Source: Bacteroidota bacterium
Lineage (GTDB): Bacteria; Bacteroidota; Ignavibacteria; UBA10030; SZUA-254
Assembly (NCBI GenBank): GCA_030019075.1
Contig: JASEHD010000002.1
Span: forward strand, 1 to 61,794
Direction: 5' to 3'
Length of the DNA: 61,794 nucleotides
The number at the start of each line of letters is the position of its first letter. Within the stretch, counting starts at the first letter, position 1. The notes under the pieces are model-generated. The model searched no databases. It was not told where the DNA came from and saw only the letters and a program-made list of their open reading frames with translations. The translations under genes and the position numbers were made by a program. Below are positions 1 through 9,069 of this stretch, piece by piece.

Positions 1-174
1 ATGCTTTGTTTGCATGAGCATTGCCGTTTACGGCAATGTAGTAACGAAGCATGATTACAATAACCTTTGCGTAACATCAGTTCACAAGTAAGTGCCCGTA
101 CCTTCGAACGAACTATGCTTAATTAGCTTCGCCCTCCCCAGATTGTCTTTATTTTTGAATAGAATCCTTTGCTG

Positions 175-1689
175 CTATTTTTTCTTTGTCGTGAAACTCC
201 ACACGTTCGACCAAGCGCTCGTCCCACTCGAATTACTTGCGTTCACCCTCCAGTAGAATACTGTAGTTCCGGAAAGCTTGCTCACAGTAACTGATGTTGT
301 TATGATACCACTTTGATCAACCACAGTTGTATTGAATGTCGAACTGGTGGATACTTGCAGGCGGTATGAAGTTGCATCGGTAGAAGCATTCCATTTAAAT
401 GTTGGAGTGGTTGAAATACGTACCGAACCATTAGCAGGAGAAATAAGGATTGGTGCTAAAGGTTGTGTTGGTGTTGTGCCAAAGAGCGAATAAATTAATT
501 TATTCGGTGTACCAGATGGAACACCTGTAATCTTATTTAAAGTTGCATTGTCAACTATTGCATTGGCTACAGTAATGGGTAAAGAAGCCGGATTTGCTTG
601 AAGATACAATGCGGCAGTACCAGCAACATGGGGTGATGCCATAGATGTCCCGGACATGATTGCTATTGCTGTGCTTGAAGTATAGTATGCAGAAGTAATG
701 CTTGAACCCGGGGCAAGAATATCGACACATGAACCATAATTTGAAAATGATGACAATCCATCTGTACTGGTAGTCGAGCCGACCGTGATCGCTTCAGGTA
801 CACGTGCCGGTGATTGGTTACATGCATCCGTTGATGAATTTCCTGCTGCCATAACATACGTGATTCCATCGGCTATAGATCGTTTTACTGCGTCGTCCAA
901 CGAAGTTGATACACCACCACCAAGAGACATATTTGCAACCGCGGAATTTGTTGTATGATGAGCTGTAATCCAATCCAAACCTGCTATAACGGTTGAAGTT
1001 GTACCAGACCCGGTATTATCGAGAACACGCACTGACCACAATTTTACATTTTTCGCAATACCATAGGTGACCCCACCAACAGTACCCGCAACGTGTGTCC
1101 CATGTCCATGACCGTCACTTCCACTCCCACCAAATGCATCGAATCCGAACACTGCACGACCTACAAATTCTACATGATCGTATCGAATACCTGTATCGAT
1201 GATATAAACATCTACTCCCAGACCAGTATAATCGTAATTATATTTTGTATCAAGCGGCAGGTTGCGTTGGTCAACTCGATCTAATCCCCACGTGGCATTA
1301 CTTTGCGTCGTAACCGTTTGCATGATCTGATCCTCTTCGATGTATGCAATGTTTGGATTGTTCATAATGTTACGGATTGCTACCTCAGGAACGCGAATTG
1401 AAAAACCTTTAATAGTATGGTGATAAATAAAATCTGCCTTCCCACCTGCTTCGGAAGCTACACGTGAGGCAACTTCGGCAACATTACTAACATCTTCTTT
1501 AAACACAACGATATAAGCATCTTGGATACGCCATTGTATATCTGCTTTGTGGAAATTGTTTTTTGGGATTTCCGTTCCAGACGAGATTATACCTGTTGGT
1601 GATTCATTCATCGACTGTTGCTGGCAGCTAACTAATAATAATAAAGAAACAAGCACAGTAGATAAAAAAAATAATAGCGACTTCTTCAC
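175..1689 (-). CDS. secreted subtilisin-family (S8) serine protease with I9-like propeptide and C-terminal Fn3-like domain
   Basis: 504-aa ORF. Signal peptide MKKSLLFFLSTVLVSLLLLVSC. Catalytic triad contexts VYIIDTGI, HGTHVAGT and GTSMASPHVAG. Confidence 0.9.
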   Translation of the reverse strand: MKKSLLFFLSTVLVSLLLLVSCQQQSMNESPTGIISSGTEIPKNNFHKADIQWRIQDAYIVVFKEDVSNVAEVASRVASEAGGKADFIYHHTIKGFSIRVPEVAIRNIMNNPNIAYIEEDQIMQTVTTQSNATWGLDRVDQRNLPLDTKYNYDYTGLGVDVYIIDTGIRYDHVEFVGRAVFGFDAFGGSGSDGHGHGTHVAGTVGGVTYGIAKNVKLWSVRVLDNTGSGTTSTVIAGLDWITAHHTTNSAVANMSLGGGVSTSLDDAVKRSIADGITYVMAAGNSSTDACNQSPARVPEAITVGSTTSTDGLSSFSNYGSCVDILAPGSSITSAYYTSSTAIAIMSGTSMASPHVAGTAALYLQANPASLPITVANAIVDNATLNKITGVPSGTPNKLIYSLFGTTPTQPLAPILISPANGSVRISTTPTFKWNASTDATSYRLQVSTSSTFNTTVVDQSGIITTSVTVSKLSGTTVFYWRVNASNSSGTSAWSNVWSFTTKKK

Positions 1690-1932
1690 AGCACTGCTCC
1701 TTTGATATGATTGATGATGAGAGATTTAGTATTTAATTATGATAATATATAAACTCTTTTGCTTATTATCCAATGATAACCTAATTTCCAAATCGATCTA
1801 TTTTAAATACAAAATATACCGGTATGAAGTTTTAAAAAGATGCCGTAATACGATGGGTTTGATTCTTTTTCATACTTTATGTATATTTGCACATAACAAT
1901 AACAATATATTTTGCTACACAGAGGAAACTTC

Positions 1933-3096
1933 ATGAAAAATATTACAATAATCGCAATACTAACGATAATTTTGGCATGTTTTCCAATCATCACTGGGTT
2001 CCAGTGCGCATCGCAGGAGATGACCAGCGCTAAATTATACATTCAAAGATCGGATTGGGAGAATGCTGAAAAGTGGCTTTCTCAGGAAGTCGAAAAAAAT
2101 CCTACTAATGCCGAAGCATGGTGGCTTCTGGGGCAAACACGAGTCCAGCGAACTAATTACAAAGGATCGCTTGATGCGTTCGATAACTCACTTAAAAATA
2201 GCAACGAGTTCACCGAAAAAATAACACAAATAAAAAAGTTTATATGGGGACAATCTTTAAACCAGGGTGTAAATTTTTTCAATAAAAGTATTTCAGCTTC
2301 ACCTGAAAGTGCAGCCGTGCTTCGAGAACAAGCGATAGAAAGCTATCAACTTGCTCTCATCGTTAATCCTGATAGTGTTATCACCTATCAAAATTTAGCG
2401 GTCGCGCAAAATGCGCACGGCCTTTACGATGATGAGATAGTAACATTGAAAGAAGCCATAAAGAGAAAACAAACACCTGTATTGCACACTTCACTTATCA
2501 ATGTCTACCTAACTAAAGCTCAGAATGCTGACGCAAAGAATGATAAAACAACCGCTGGTGAAAACTATACTAATGCAATCTCAGCGATACTAGACGCCCG
2601 TAAATTAGAACCCGATAACGCTGAACTTTTAGCAACGATGATCGACATTCATGTCAGGTTGGGAAAAGCAAACGAAGCAAAACCGTACATCCGTGAGGCG
2701 GTAGCAAAGGATCCGTCGAACAAACTTTATCAGTACAATCTTGGTGTGTTGTTGATGCAGACTGACTCTCTCGAGGAGGCAATAACACATTTTGATGCAG
2801 CAATCCAACAAGATCCTATGTACGATGTAGCACTCCAGAACATTGGCGTTGCCTATCTGCGGCTTGGTGATAAAATGAAACAAGCAGCACAAAGTACGGA
2901 TATGAAAAAAGAAATTGATAAAACATATTTAGAAAAATTCAAAAAAGCGGTTATACATTTCGAGACGCTTGTTGAGATTAAGAAAGATGATCCAAATTCA
3001 TGGGATCTGTTAGCCTCTGCTTACGCCAATGCAAACATGTTGAAAGAAGCAAAAGAAGCGCTAGAAAAAGCCGATGCGTTAAGGAAAGATAAATAA
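1933..3096 (+). CDS. TPR-repeat lipoprotein/secreted protein
   Basis: ORF 1912..3096. The 1912 codon is TTG; the ATG at 1933 follows AGAGGA. Hydrophobic N-terminus MKNITIIAILTIILAC. Repeated A/L/Y/N-rich 34-aa-like TPR pattern (NAEAWWLLGQ, NPDSVITYQNLAVA, DPSNKLYQYNLGVL, DPMYDVALQNIGVAY). Confidence 0.7.
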   Translation: MKNITIIAILTIILACFPIITGFQCASQEMTSAKLYIQRSDWENAEKWLSQEVEKNPTNAEAWWLLGQTRVQRTNYKGSLDAFDNSLKNSNEFTEKITQIKKFIWGQSLNQGVNFFNKSISASPESAAVLREQAIESYQLALIVNPDSVITYQNLAVAQNAHGLYDDEIVTLKEAIKRKQTPVLHTSLINVYLTKAQNADAKNDKTTAGENYTNAISAILDARKLEPDNAELLATMIDIHVRLGKANEAKPYIREAVAKDPSNKLYQYNLGVLLMQTDSLEEAITHFDAAIQQDPMYDVALQNIGVAYLRLGDKMKQAAQSTDMKKEIDKTYLEKFKKAVIHFETLVEIKKDDPNSWDLLASAYANANMLKEAKEALEKADALRKDK

Positions 3097-3111
3097 AACA
3101 TTTTAATGCAT

Positions 3112-3237
3112 GGCTGTCCAAAAAGTAAATATTGCTTAGTGTTTCTTAGTGAACTTAGTGCCTTAGTGGTAACTAATGAAAAGAAAAACACTAAGACACT
3201 AAGCACACTAAGGTTCACAAAGACTTTTTGAACAGCC
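3112..3237. repeat. MITE-like imperfect palindrome built of CTTAGTG/CACTAAG heptamer words
   Basis: The termini are GGCTGTCCAAAAAGT (3112..3126) and ACTTTTTGAACAGCC (3223..3237), complementary at 14/15 positions. Four CTTAGTG words (3135..3168) face three CACTAAG words (3189..3212). Confidence 0.75.
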
Positions 3238-3267
3238 TCGCATTTTCATTTTTTGAAAGGAATAACA

Positions 3268-3594
3268 ATGGCAAATCCGAATCAACCACCGCAGCAAATT
3301 AGTATCGAGTTAGGCGAGAAGGAAGCAGAAGGAATTTATTCAAACTTAGCAATTATTACACATTCACCTGCAGAATTCGTTATAGATTTTACGCGGGTCC
3401 TACCCGGTGTGCCGAAAGCGAGGGTGCATGCTCGTATCATAACAACTCCACAACATGCGAAGCTTCTGCTCAATGCACTTAAAGATAACATTGAAAAATT
3501 CGAAAAGACTTTTGGCGAAATAAAGATTCAAGGCGAGCCAACTCCCGGTGGATTCGGTTTTCAGCCACCAACAACTGGCGATAAAGTTCACTAA
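3268..3594 (+). CDS. DUF3467-family protein
   Basis: ORF 3253..3594 (TTG at 3253). The ATG at 3268 is preceded by AAAGGA. The sequence [31 protein letters not shown] matches my recollection of DUF3467 proteins. Confidence 0.65.
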   Translation: MANPNQPPQQISIELGEKEAEGIYSNLAIITHSPAEFVIDFTRVLPGVPKARVHARIITTPQHAKLLLNALKDNIEKFEKTFGEIKIQGEPTPGGFGFQPPTTGDKVH

Positions 3595-4985
3595 AGAATA
3601 TATTTACTTAAATCTTTGTTTTTGATAATTCGATTGAGAGCATCCTCAACCATATCTTTTGTAATCATTATCGTCTTTCCAACATAGACATCCGGAGCTT
3701 CAAAAAGAATTTCTTCCAACAGTGTGGTCATAATTGTATGAAGCCGCCGGGCACCAATATTTTCCACCTGCTCGTTAACCTGAGCAGCTAACTTTGCAAT
3801 TTCTCGTATTCCTTCCTCTAAGAATTCTAATTTTACACCTTCTGTCTCCAATAAGGCAGCGTATTGTTTGATGAGCGCGTTGCGTGGTAATGTTAATATT
3901 TTTACAAAGTCATCTTCGTTCAAACTATTTAGCTCAACCCGAATTGGGAATCGTCCTTGCATCTCTGGTATCAAGTCCGATGGCTTTGATACATGAAATG
4001 CACCGGAGGCGATAAAGAGGATGTGATCAGTTTTTACCATACCATATTTTGTCAAGACTGTAGATCCCTCGACAATAGGCAGCAAATCACGCTGAACACC
4101 TTCGCGCGATACATCGGGCCCAGCACTGTGTCCACGTTCTCCTGCGATTTTATCAATCTCGTCAATGAAAACAATACCTGAATTTTCTACCCGTTCCAGT
4201 GCATCTTTAACGATAGATTCAGTATCAATTAATTTTTGTATTTCTTCCTGAACAAAAATATTCCGTGCTTCTGCAATCGACATTTTTCTCTTTTTTGTTT
4301 TCTTAGGAAGAATATTTCCGAACATCTCTTGAATGTTCAATCCCATTTCTTCCATGCTTACGGGTCCGAATATTTGCATCGAGGGAAGCTGATTCGTAGT
4401 TACATCAACTTCAATCATTCTATCTTCCATTTCCCCGGAGAGAAGTTTCTCACGAAATTTATCACGTGTTGCACAATTATCGTCCGACTCAATACCGTTT
4501 TCAACAGCTATGGTACCTGCTTCAACAGGATGCCGCCGTTTCATAGGTGGCAAAAGTGTATCTAAGATTCGTTCTTCTGCTTGTCTGACTGCCTTATCAT
4601 GTACCTCAGAAGATCTTGCACTTTTTAACATGTTGACAGCAAACTCGGTTAGGTCTCTTATCATAGATTCAACATCGCGGCCAACATAACCGACCTCAGT
4701 AAACTTTGATGCTTCAACTTTGATAAAAGGTGCATTTACTAATTTTGCTAAACGACGAGCAATCTCGGTTTTACCTACACCTGTTGGTCCGATTAGAATA
4801 ATATTATTTGGCATGATTTCTTCACGCATAGGCTCCTGTGTCTGGAGCCGGCGCCATCTGTTGCGGATAGCAATCGCAACTGATTTTTTTGCTGCCTGCT
4901 GACCAATGATATACTTATCTAATTCACGAACGATTTCACGTGGTGTCAATTCCCGTATAGTTTCTTTTTTCAATTTTCGATTCAT
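3591..4985 (-). CDS. hslU: ATP-dependent protease ATPase subunit HslU
   Basis: Walker [16 protein letters not shown] and typical HslU N-terminus [17 protein letters not shown]. The start at 4985 (MNRKL) overlaps the hslV stop as TAATG. Confidence 0.93.
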   Translation of the reverse strand: MNRKLKKETIRELTPREIVRELDKYIIGQQAAKKSVAIAIRNRWRRLQTQEPMREEIMPNNIILIGPTGVGKTEIARRLAKLVNAPFIKVEASKFTEVGYVGRDVESMIRDLTEFAVNMLKSARSSEVHDKAVRQAEERILDTLLPPMKRRHPVEAGTIAVENGIESDDNCATRDKFREKLLSGEMEDRMIEVDVTTNQLPSMQIFGPVSMEEMGLNIQEMFGNILPKKTKKRKMSIAEARNIFVQEEIQKLIDTESIVKDALERVENSGIVFIDEIDKIAGERGHSAGPDVSREGVQRDLLPIVEGSTVLTKYGMVKTDHILFIASGAFHVSKPSDLIPEMQGRFPIRVELNSLNEDDFVKILTLPRNALIKQYAALLETEGVKLEFLEEGIREIAKLAAQVNEQVENIGARRLHTIMTTLLEEILFEAPDVYVGKTIMITKDMVEDALNRIIKNKDLSKYIL

Positions 4986-5521
4986 TATAATTCTTCGATG
5001 ATTATATTTTTGTTTGTATATATACATATATCGGCAGCAGCTTCGAGTGAGGCTCTGACAATTTCATGCGTATTAAGCGTGGTGTGTTTTTTCAACATGC
5101 GTGCGGCTGCAAGTGCATAATTACCCCCAGAGCCAATCGCAACAATGCCATCATCTGGTTCAACGATTTCACCTGTTCCGGAGATGATCAACGATTGCTC
5201 CTTATCTAAAACCGCAAGAAGCGCTTCTAATTGACGCAGGTATTTATCCGTCCGCCAGTTTTTTGCTAATTCAACAGCAGCACGCACAAGATTTCCGTGA
5301 TATTGCTGCAACCGATCTTCAAATCGCTCAAATAGCGTAAAAGCATCAGCGGCTGCGCCTGCAAAACCAGCAAGCACAGTATCGTTGTATAACTTCCTCA
5401 CTTTCCGAGCACCTTGTTTCATAATAGCATTTCCAACTGTAACCTGTCCATCAGCACCGATGACAGTTTTTCCGAGATGAGTTAAACCGATTACAGTTGT
5501 TGAATGAATTAACAGTGACAT
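4985..5521 (-). CDS. hslV: ATP-dependent protease peptidase subunit HslV
   Basis: 178 aa with an N-terminal TTVIG nucleophile context and [14 protein letters not shown]. It lies directly upstream of hslU. Confidence 0.93.
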   Translation of the reverse strand: MSLLIHSTTVIGLTHLGKTVIGADGQVTVGNAIMKQGARKVRKLYNDTVLAGFAGAAADAFTLFERFEDRLQQYHGNLVRAAVELAKNWRTDKYLRQLEALLAVLDKEQSLIISGTGEIVEPDDGIVAIGSGGNYALAAARMLKKHTTLNTHEIVRASLEAAADICIYTNKNIIIEEL

Positions 5522-5543
5522 TTAGGTACTTTCGATATAATGA

Positions 5544-6995
5544 TTAAATTTTTCTTCGAAGTCTTGCTACCGGTATTTTCATCGCTTCCCGATATTTTGC
5601 AACTGTGCGGCGTGCGATATTTAATCCTTCGTTATTTAATATCTCCGCAATACGATCGTCGCTTAATGGATGGTTAGTGTCTTCTTTTCCGATGATCTCC
5701 CGAATTTGATTTTTTACTTCCTTATTCGATATTTCTTCACCAGTTGATGTAGTAAGTTTATCACTAAAGAAGTGCCGCAATTCAAATACTCCGAATTCCG
5801 TTTGGACATATTTACCATTGACTACCCGGCTGATTGTGGAGATATCCATATGGATGATTTCCGTGATATCCTTATAAATCATTGGCTTGAGATTTTCACC
5901 CGTTTCAAAAAATGTTCTTTGTTTTTCAATTATTGCCCTCATCACTTTCAGCATCGTCTCACGGCGCTGGTTAATGGATGTGATAAACCACTTTGCGGCT
6001 TCAAAACGTTTTCTGATGAAATCTCTCACCCCATCAGCAGCGCCATTCTTATACTTACGGGTCATGAGTTCTTTATATCCATGACTGATGCGGATTGGGG
6101 GGACATTTTTGTCATTCAACATTACGATAAAATCATCATCATCTCTCTCAACGGTAAAATCGGGTATTATATAATTTTGTTGAGGGGTAAATTGTCCTTC
6201 CCCAGGTTTTGGATTAAGTTTTTGAATAAGCTCAATAATCGGTTTCAATTCATCGACCGTCATGTTAAGATTCTTCGCCAAATCTTCATAATGTTTCATC
6301 GTGAAATCTTCAAAATATTCTCGAAGGATCTTCAGCGCCTTTTCAGTAAGTTCAGAATTAGATTCATTTGATTCCAATTGAGCAATAAGACATTCTTGTA
6401 GATTTCTTGCACCTATACCCGGTGGTTCAAGATGCTGAATCATTTTTAGAATTTCTTCAGCTCTTTCTATAGTGATCGTATGTCCTTGGGATAAATTTAT
6501 ATCTTGAACGATTAACCCGATCTCGCGCTGGAGGTAGCCATCATCATCAATATTGCCAATGATCTCATCACATAATTGTTTTTCTTGCTCCGTTAATTCG
6601 AGCAAAAAGATTTGGTCTTTAAGTTTTTGGGAAAGGGTAACTTCGGCTGGCTGAGGATATTCATCACGATCTTCGTCATTCCTGTACATCATTGTGGCTT
6701 TATAGCCATCAAGATTATCGTTCATGAAATCTTCAAATGTATAACGATCTTCATCCGCTTTATTTTCTTTATCAGTCTGTTGGCTTTCCTCAGAAACTTC
6801 CTGAACCGCCTTCTCTTCAATCTGTTCCTGAGTCAACTCCATATCTTCTCCCTCCTCAAGCAGTGGATTTATTTCCAATTCAGCTTTGATGCGCTGCTCG
6901 AGTGCAAGTACGGGCAATTGAAGCAATTGAAGATACTGCACCTGCTGGGGTGTCAGCCTCATTTGCATCGTTTGTCGCTGAGAGAGATTTAACAT
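5544..6995 (-). CDS. rpoN: RNA polymerase sigma-54 factor
   Basis: 483 aa. Gln/Leu-rich region I (QRQTMQMRLTPQQVQYLQLLQLP), an acidic region II, and the C-terminal RpoN box ARRTVAKYREAM. Confidence 0.93.
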   Translation of the reverse strand: MLNLSQRQTMQMRLTPQQVQYLQLLQLPVLALEQRIKAELEINPLLEEGEDMELTQEQIEEKAVQEVSEESQQTDKENKADEDRYTFEDFMNDNLDGYKATMMYRNDEDRDEYPQPAEVTLSQKLKDQIFLLELTEQEKQLCDEIIGNIDDDGYLQREIGLIVQDINLSQGHTITIERAEEILKMIQHLEPPGIGARNLQECLIAQLESNESNSELTEKALKILREYFEDFTMKHYEDLAKNLNMTVDELKPIIELIQKLNPKPGEGQFTPQQNYIIPDFTVERDDDDFIVMLNDKNVPPIRISHGYKELMTRKYKNGAADGVRDFIRKRFEAAKWFITSINQRRETMLKVMRAIIEKQRTFFETGENLKPMIYKDITEIIHMDISTISRVVNGKYVQTEFGVFELRHFFSDKLTTSTGEEISNKEVKNQIREIIGKEDTNHPLSDDRIAEILNNEGLNIARRTVAKYREAMKIPVARLRRKI

Positions 6996-7022
6996 AAATT
7001 TAAAGTTTTAATTCCTTGAATC

Positions 7023-7601
7023 TTACAATAGATTTGAATTGTTATTATAATATAAACATATATCACGAAATTTGTTGTACCATTCTTCTCCATTTTTACG
7101 TATGAGTGCATCTTTTACAAAATCGAATAATTGTTCTTTTTTAAGCGTACCAAATATTCTTGCCGAATCACACTCGGCAATTCGTTCAAGTCTGAGCTGC
7201 TCGTTATTTCCATAAGTAACCCGAATCGGGAACAAATGACACGAAATCGGCTTCCGCCATTTCGTTTTCCCTTCGACTAACGCTTTTTCAAGTGAGCATC
7301 GCGCGATATCATCTTCAAAGTAGGTAAATACACAAGCTCTGTTGTCGATGCAGACTGTCGTGAAACTTCCCAGGTCTCCTTCAACGAAACCATGTGTTTC
7401 AATTATTTGTAGATGCTGCTCGCTTAAATATTGCCTGACGAACGGATACGCGCACTGAAGCTCAGGAAGCTCATCATCTCTTATCGGAGCGCCACGACTA
7501 CCATAGAGGGTACAACATGCGCCTTTACATTGTGAGAGATTGCAGGCGAAACGTTCATAGGCAATATCGTCTTCAATAACTATATCGCCTATGGAAAACA
7601 T
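7023..7601 (-). CDS. DUF3109-family Cys-rich protein
   Basis: 192 aa. The CNLSQCKGACC motif near the N-terminus is as in DUF3109 proteins (recollection). Confidence 0.55.
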   Translation of the reverse strand: MFSIGDIVIEDDIAYERFACNLSQCKGACCTLYGSRGAPIRDDELPELQCAYPFVRQYLSEQHLQIIETHGFVEGDLGSFTTVCIDNRACVFTYFEDDIARCSLEKALVEGKTKWRKPISCHLFPIRVTYGNNEQLRLERIAECDSARIFGTLKKEQLFDFVKDALIRKNGEEWYNKFRDICLYYNNNSNLL

Positions 7602-7639
7602 TGCTATATATTATACAAAAGTTTTTCCAAAGAGAAAAA

Positions 7640-8773
7640 TTAATTTTTCACGAACATTTTTCCGGGCAATTGTTTAACTAACCCTTTGAATTCTAAACTA
7701 AGTAGATTAACGAGAACATCAGATGTTGTTAATATTGCCGCCTCAGCAATCGAATCAATGTGGGAAGGATTTTCTGTGAGTACATCATAAATCGATCGTT
7801 CAAATAGAGTGAGAGATGGAAGTTGTTTTATTTCATCATGGTCTTTGGGTTTTATGAGGGGTTTTAGCTTTGTTGAAAGCTCTTCTAATATATCATCAAT
7901 GCTCTCTATTAATTTTGCACGCCCTTCTTTGATAAGTAAATGGCACCCGCGACTACGCTTCGAATTAACCAATCCGGGCAATGCAAATACTTCCCTGTTC
8001 TGATCTAATGCGGTATTGGCTGTAATCATTGCACCGCCATTTATATCGGTTTCGATAATTACCGTACCAAGAGATAATCCACTGATAATACGATTGCGAC
8101 GAGGGAAATTAACTGCATCGGGTTTGGCACCCATTTCATATTCACTGATAACAGCCCCACAACCGACAATTCGCTCGAATAAATTTTTATTCTCTGGAGG
8201 ATAAATAACATCCAGCCCTGATCCGATGACAGACAATGTTCGCCCGTCTGTTTTAATTGCCGCATGGTGTGCCACGGTATCGATACCGCGAGCCAAACCA
8301 CTCACGATGGTTATCCCAAGTACTGCTAATTCCTGACTTATTTTTTCTGTCATACGGACACCGTAATCGGATGGAGTGCGCGTCCCAACAATTGCAATTG
8401 CATACATATCTTTATCTGTGAACTCTCCCCGAACAAAAAGGAAAGGGGGTGAATCATAAATTTTCTTTAAGTTTTCAGGATATTGTTTATCCAAAAATGT
8501 TATAACTTTTCCCTCAACCTTATTCACCTTCGAAAGCTGCCGTTCAGCATATCTCTTTGCTTCACTATGCTTTTGACTTCTTACGAAATGAACAATCGTT
8601 GAAGCGAGTTTCCGACTAAATCCTTCCACTATCGCTATTTCCCTTATTGATGCAGTAAGTACTTCGTCGGTATTACCAAAATGCGATATGAGCATCCGCA
8701 ATCGATTTGAACCGATTCCAGGAATCTGAGACAATGTAAGAAGATCAAAAACAGAAATCACTTTTTCCCCCAT
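7640..8773 (-). CDS. dprA: DNA-processing protein DprA/Smf
   Basis: 377 aa. Rossmann-like core with GLARGIDTVAHHAAI and FPRRNRIISGLS, plus a C-terminal winged-helix-like tail. Confidence 0.88.
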   Translation of the reverse strand: MGEKVISVFDLLTLSQIPGIGSNRLRMLISHFGNTDEVLTASIREIAIVEGFSRKLASTIVHFVRSQKHSEAKRYAERQLSKVNKVEGKVITFLDKQYPENLKKIYDSPPFLFVRGEFTDKDMYAIAIVGTRTPSDYGVRMTEKISQELAVLGITIVSGLARGIDTVAHHAAIKTDGRTLSVIGSGLDVIYPPENKNLFERIVGCGAVISEYEMGAKPDAVNFPRRNRIISGLSLGTVIIETDINGGAMITANTALDQNREVFALPGLVNSKRSRGCHLLIKEGRAKLIESIDDILEELSTKLKPLIKPKDHDEIKQLPSLTLFERSIYDVLTENPSHIDSIAEAAILTTSDVLVNLLSLEFKGLVKQLPGKMFVKN

Positions 8774-8784
8774 GTTATCTCATA

Positions 8785-9060
8785 TCACTCAATTTTTACA
8801 TCAATTCCATCAACCACCGCAACAATCACTGAATGCACAGGTGCTTTTTTATCTTTGAGTACCTGCGCCGCACTCTGCCCTTCCTGAACAACGAGAACTG
8901 TGTCACCAACACCTGCATCTACCGAGTCGAGCGCCAACAAATCCCTCCCAATCAGATTTCCTTCAAGGTCAATCGGCTGTACAATCAGTATTTTATGCGG
9001 CTTTAAATGCTCATTCTTCTGTGTCGCAACGATAGTTCCAATAACTTTACTTAGTATCAT
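8785..9060 (-). CDS. EutN/CcmL-family bacterial microcompartment vertex protein (orphan)
   Basis: 91 aa. The sequence MILSKVIGTIVATQKNEHLKPHKILIVQPIDLEG...GDTVLVVQEGQSA follows the EutN/CcmL pattern. Confidence 0.72.
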   Translation of the reverse strand: MILSKVIGTIVATQKNEHLKPHKILIVQPIDLEGNLIGRDLLALDSVDAGVGDTVLVVQEGQSAAQVLKDKKAPVHSVIVAVVDGIDVKIE

Positions 9061-9069
9061 ATCATTATA

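Noticed and set aside
1-174. Hairpin CATTGCCG-TTTA-CGGCAATG and outer ATGCTT..AAGCAT pairing downstream of the protease gene
   Set aside because: It could be a terminator or another word element. It is cut by the window edge and has no U-tract, so the evidence is too incomplete to call.
3135-3212. Heptamer/nonamer arrays (also at 17309..17343, 27492..27526 and 48654..48681) as CRISPR arrays
   Set aside because: The repeat units are only 7-9 nt and directly abutting, with no spacers. No cas genes are present.
3591-5027. Longest-ORF start for hslU at 5027 ([14 protein letters not shown]...)
   Set aside because: It would overlap hslV by 43 nt. The ATG at 4985 gives the canonical HslU N-terminus and a TAATG stop/start junction.
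5772-6992. Long plus-strand ORFs (5772..6371, 5887..6084, 6612..6992) inside rpoN
   Set aside because: They are antisense shadows of a confidently identified gene. Their products are low-complexity and Ile/Phe/Lys-rich, with no recognisable motifs.
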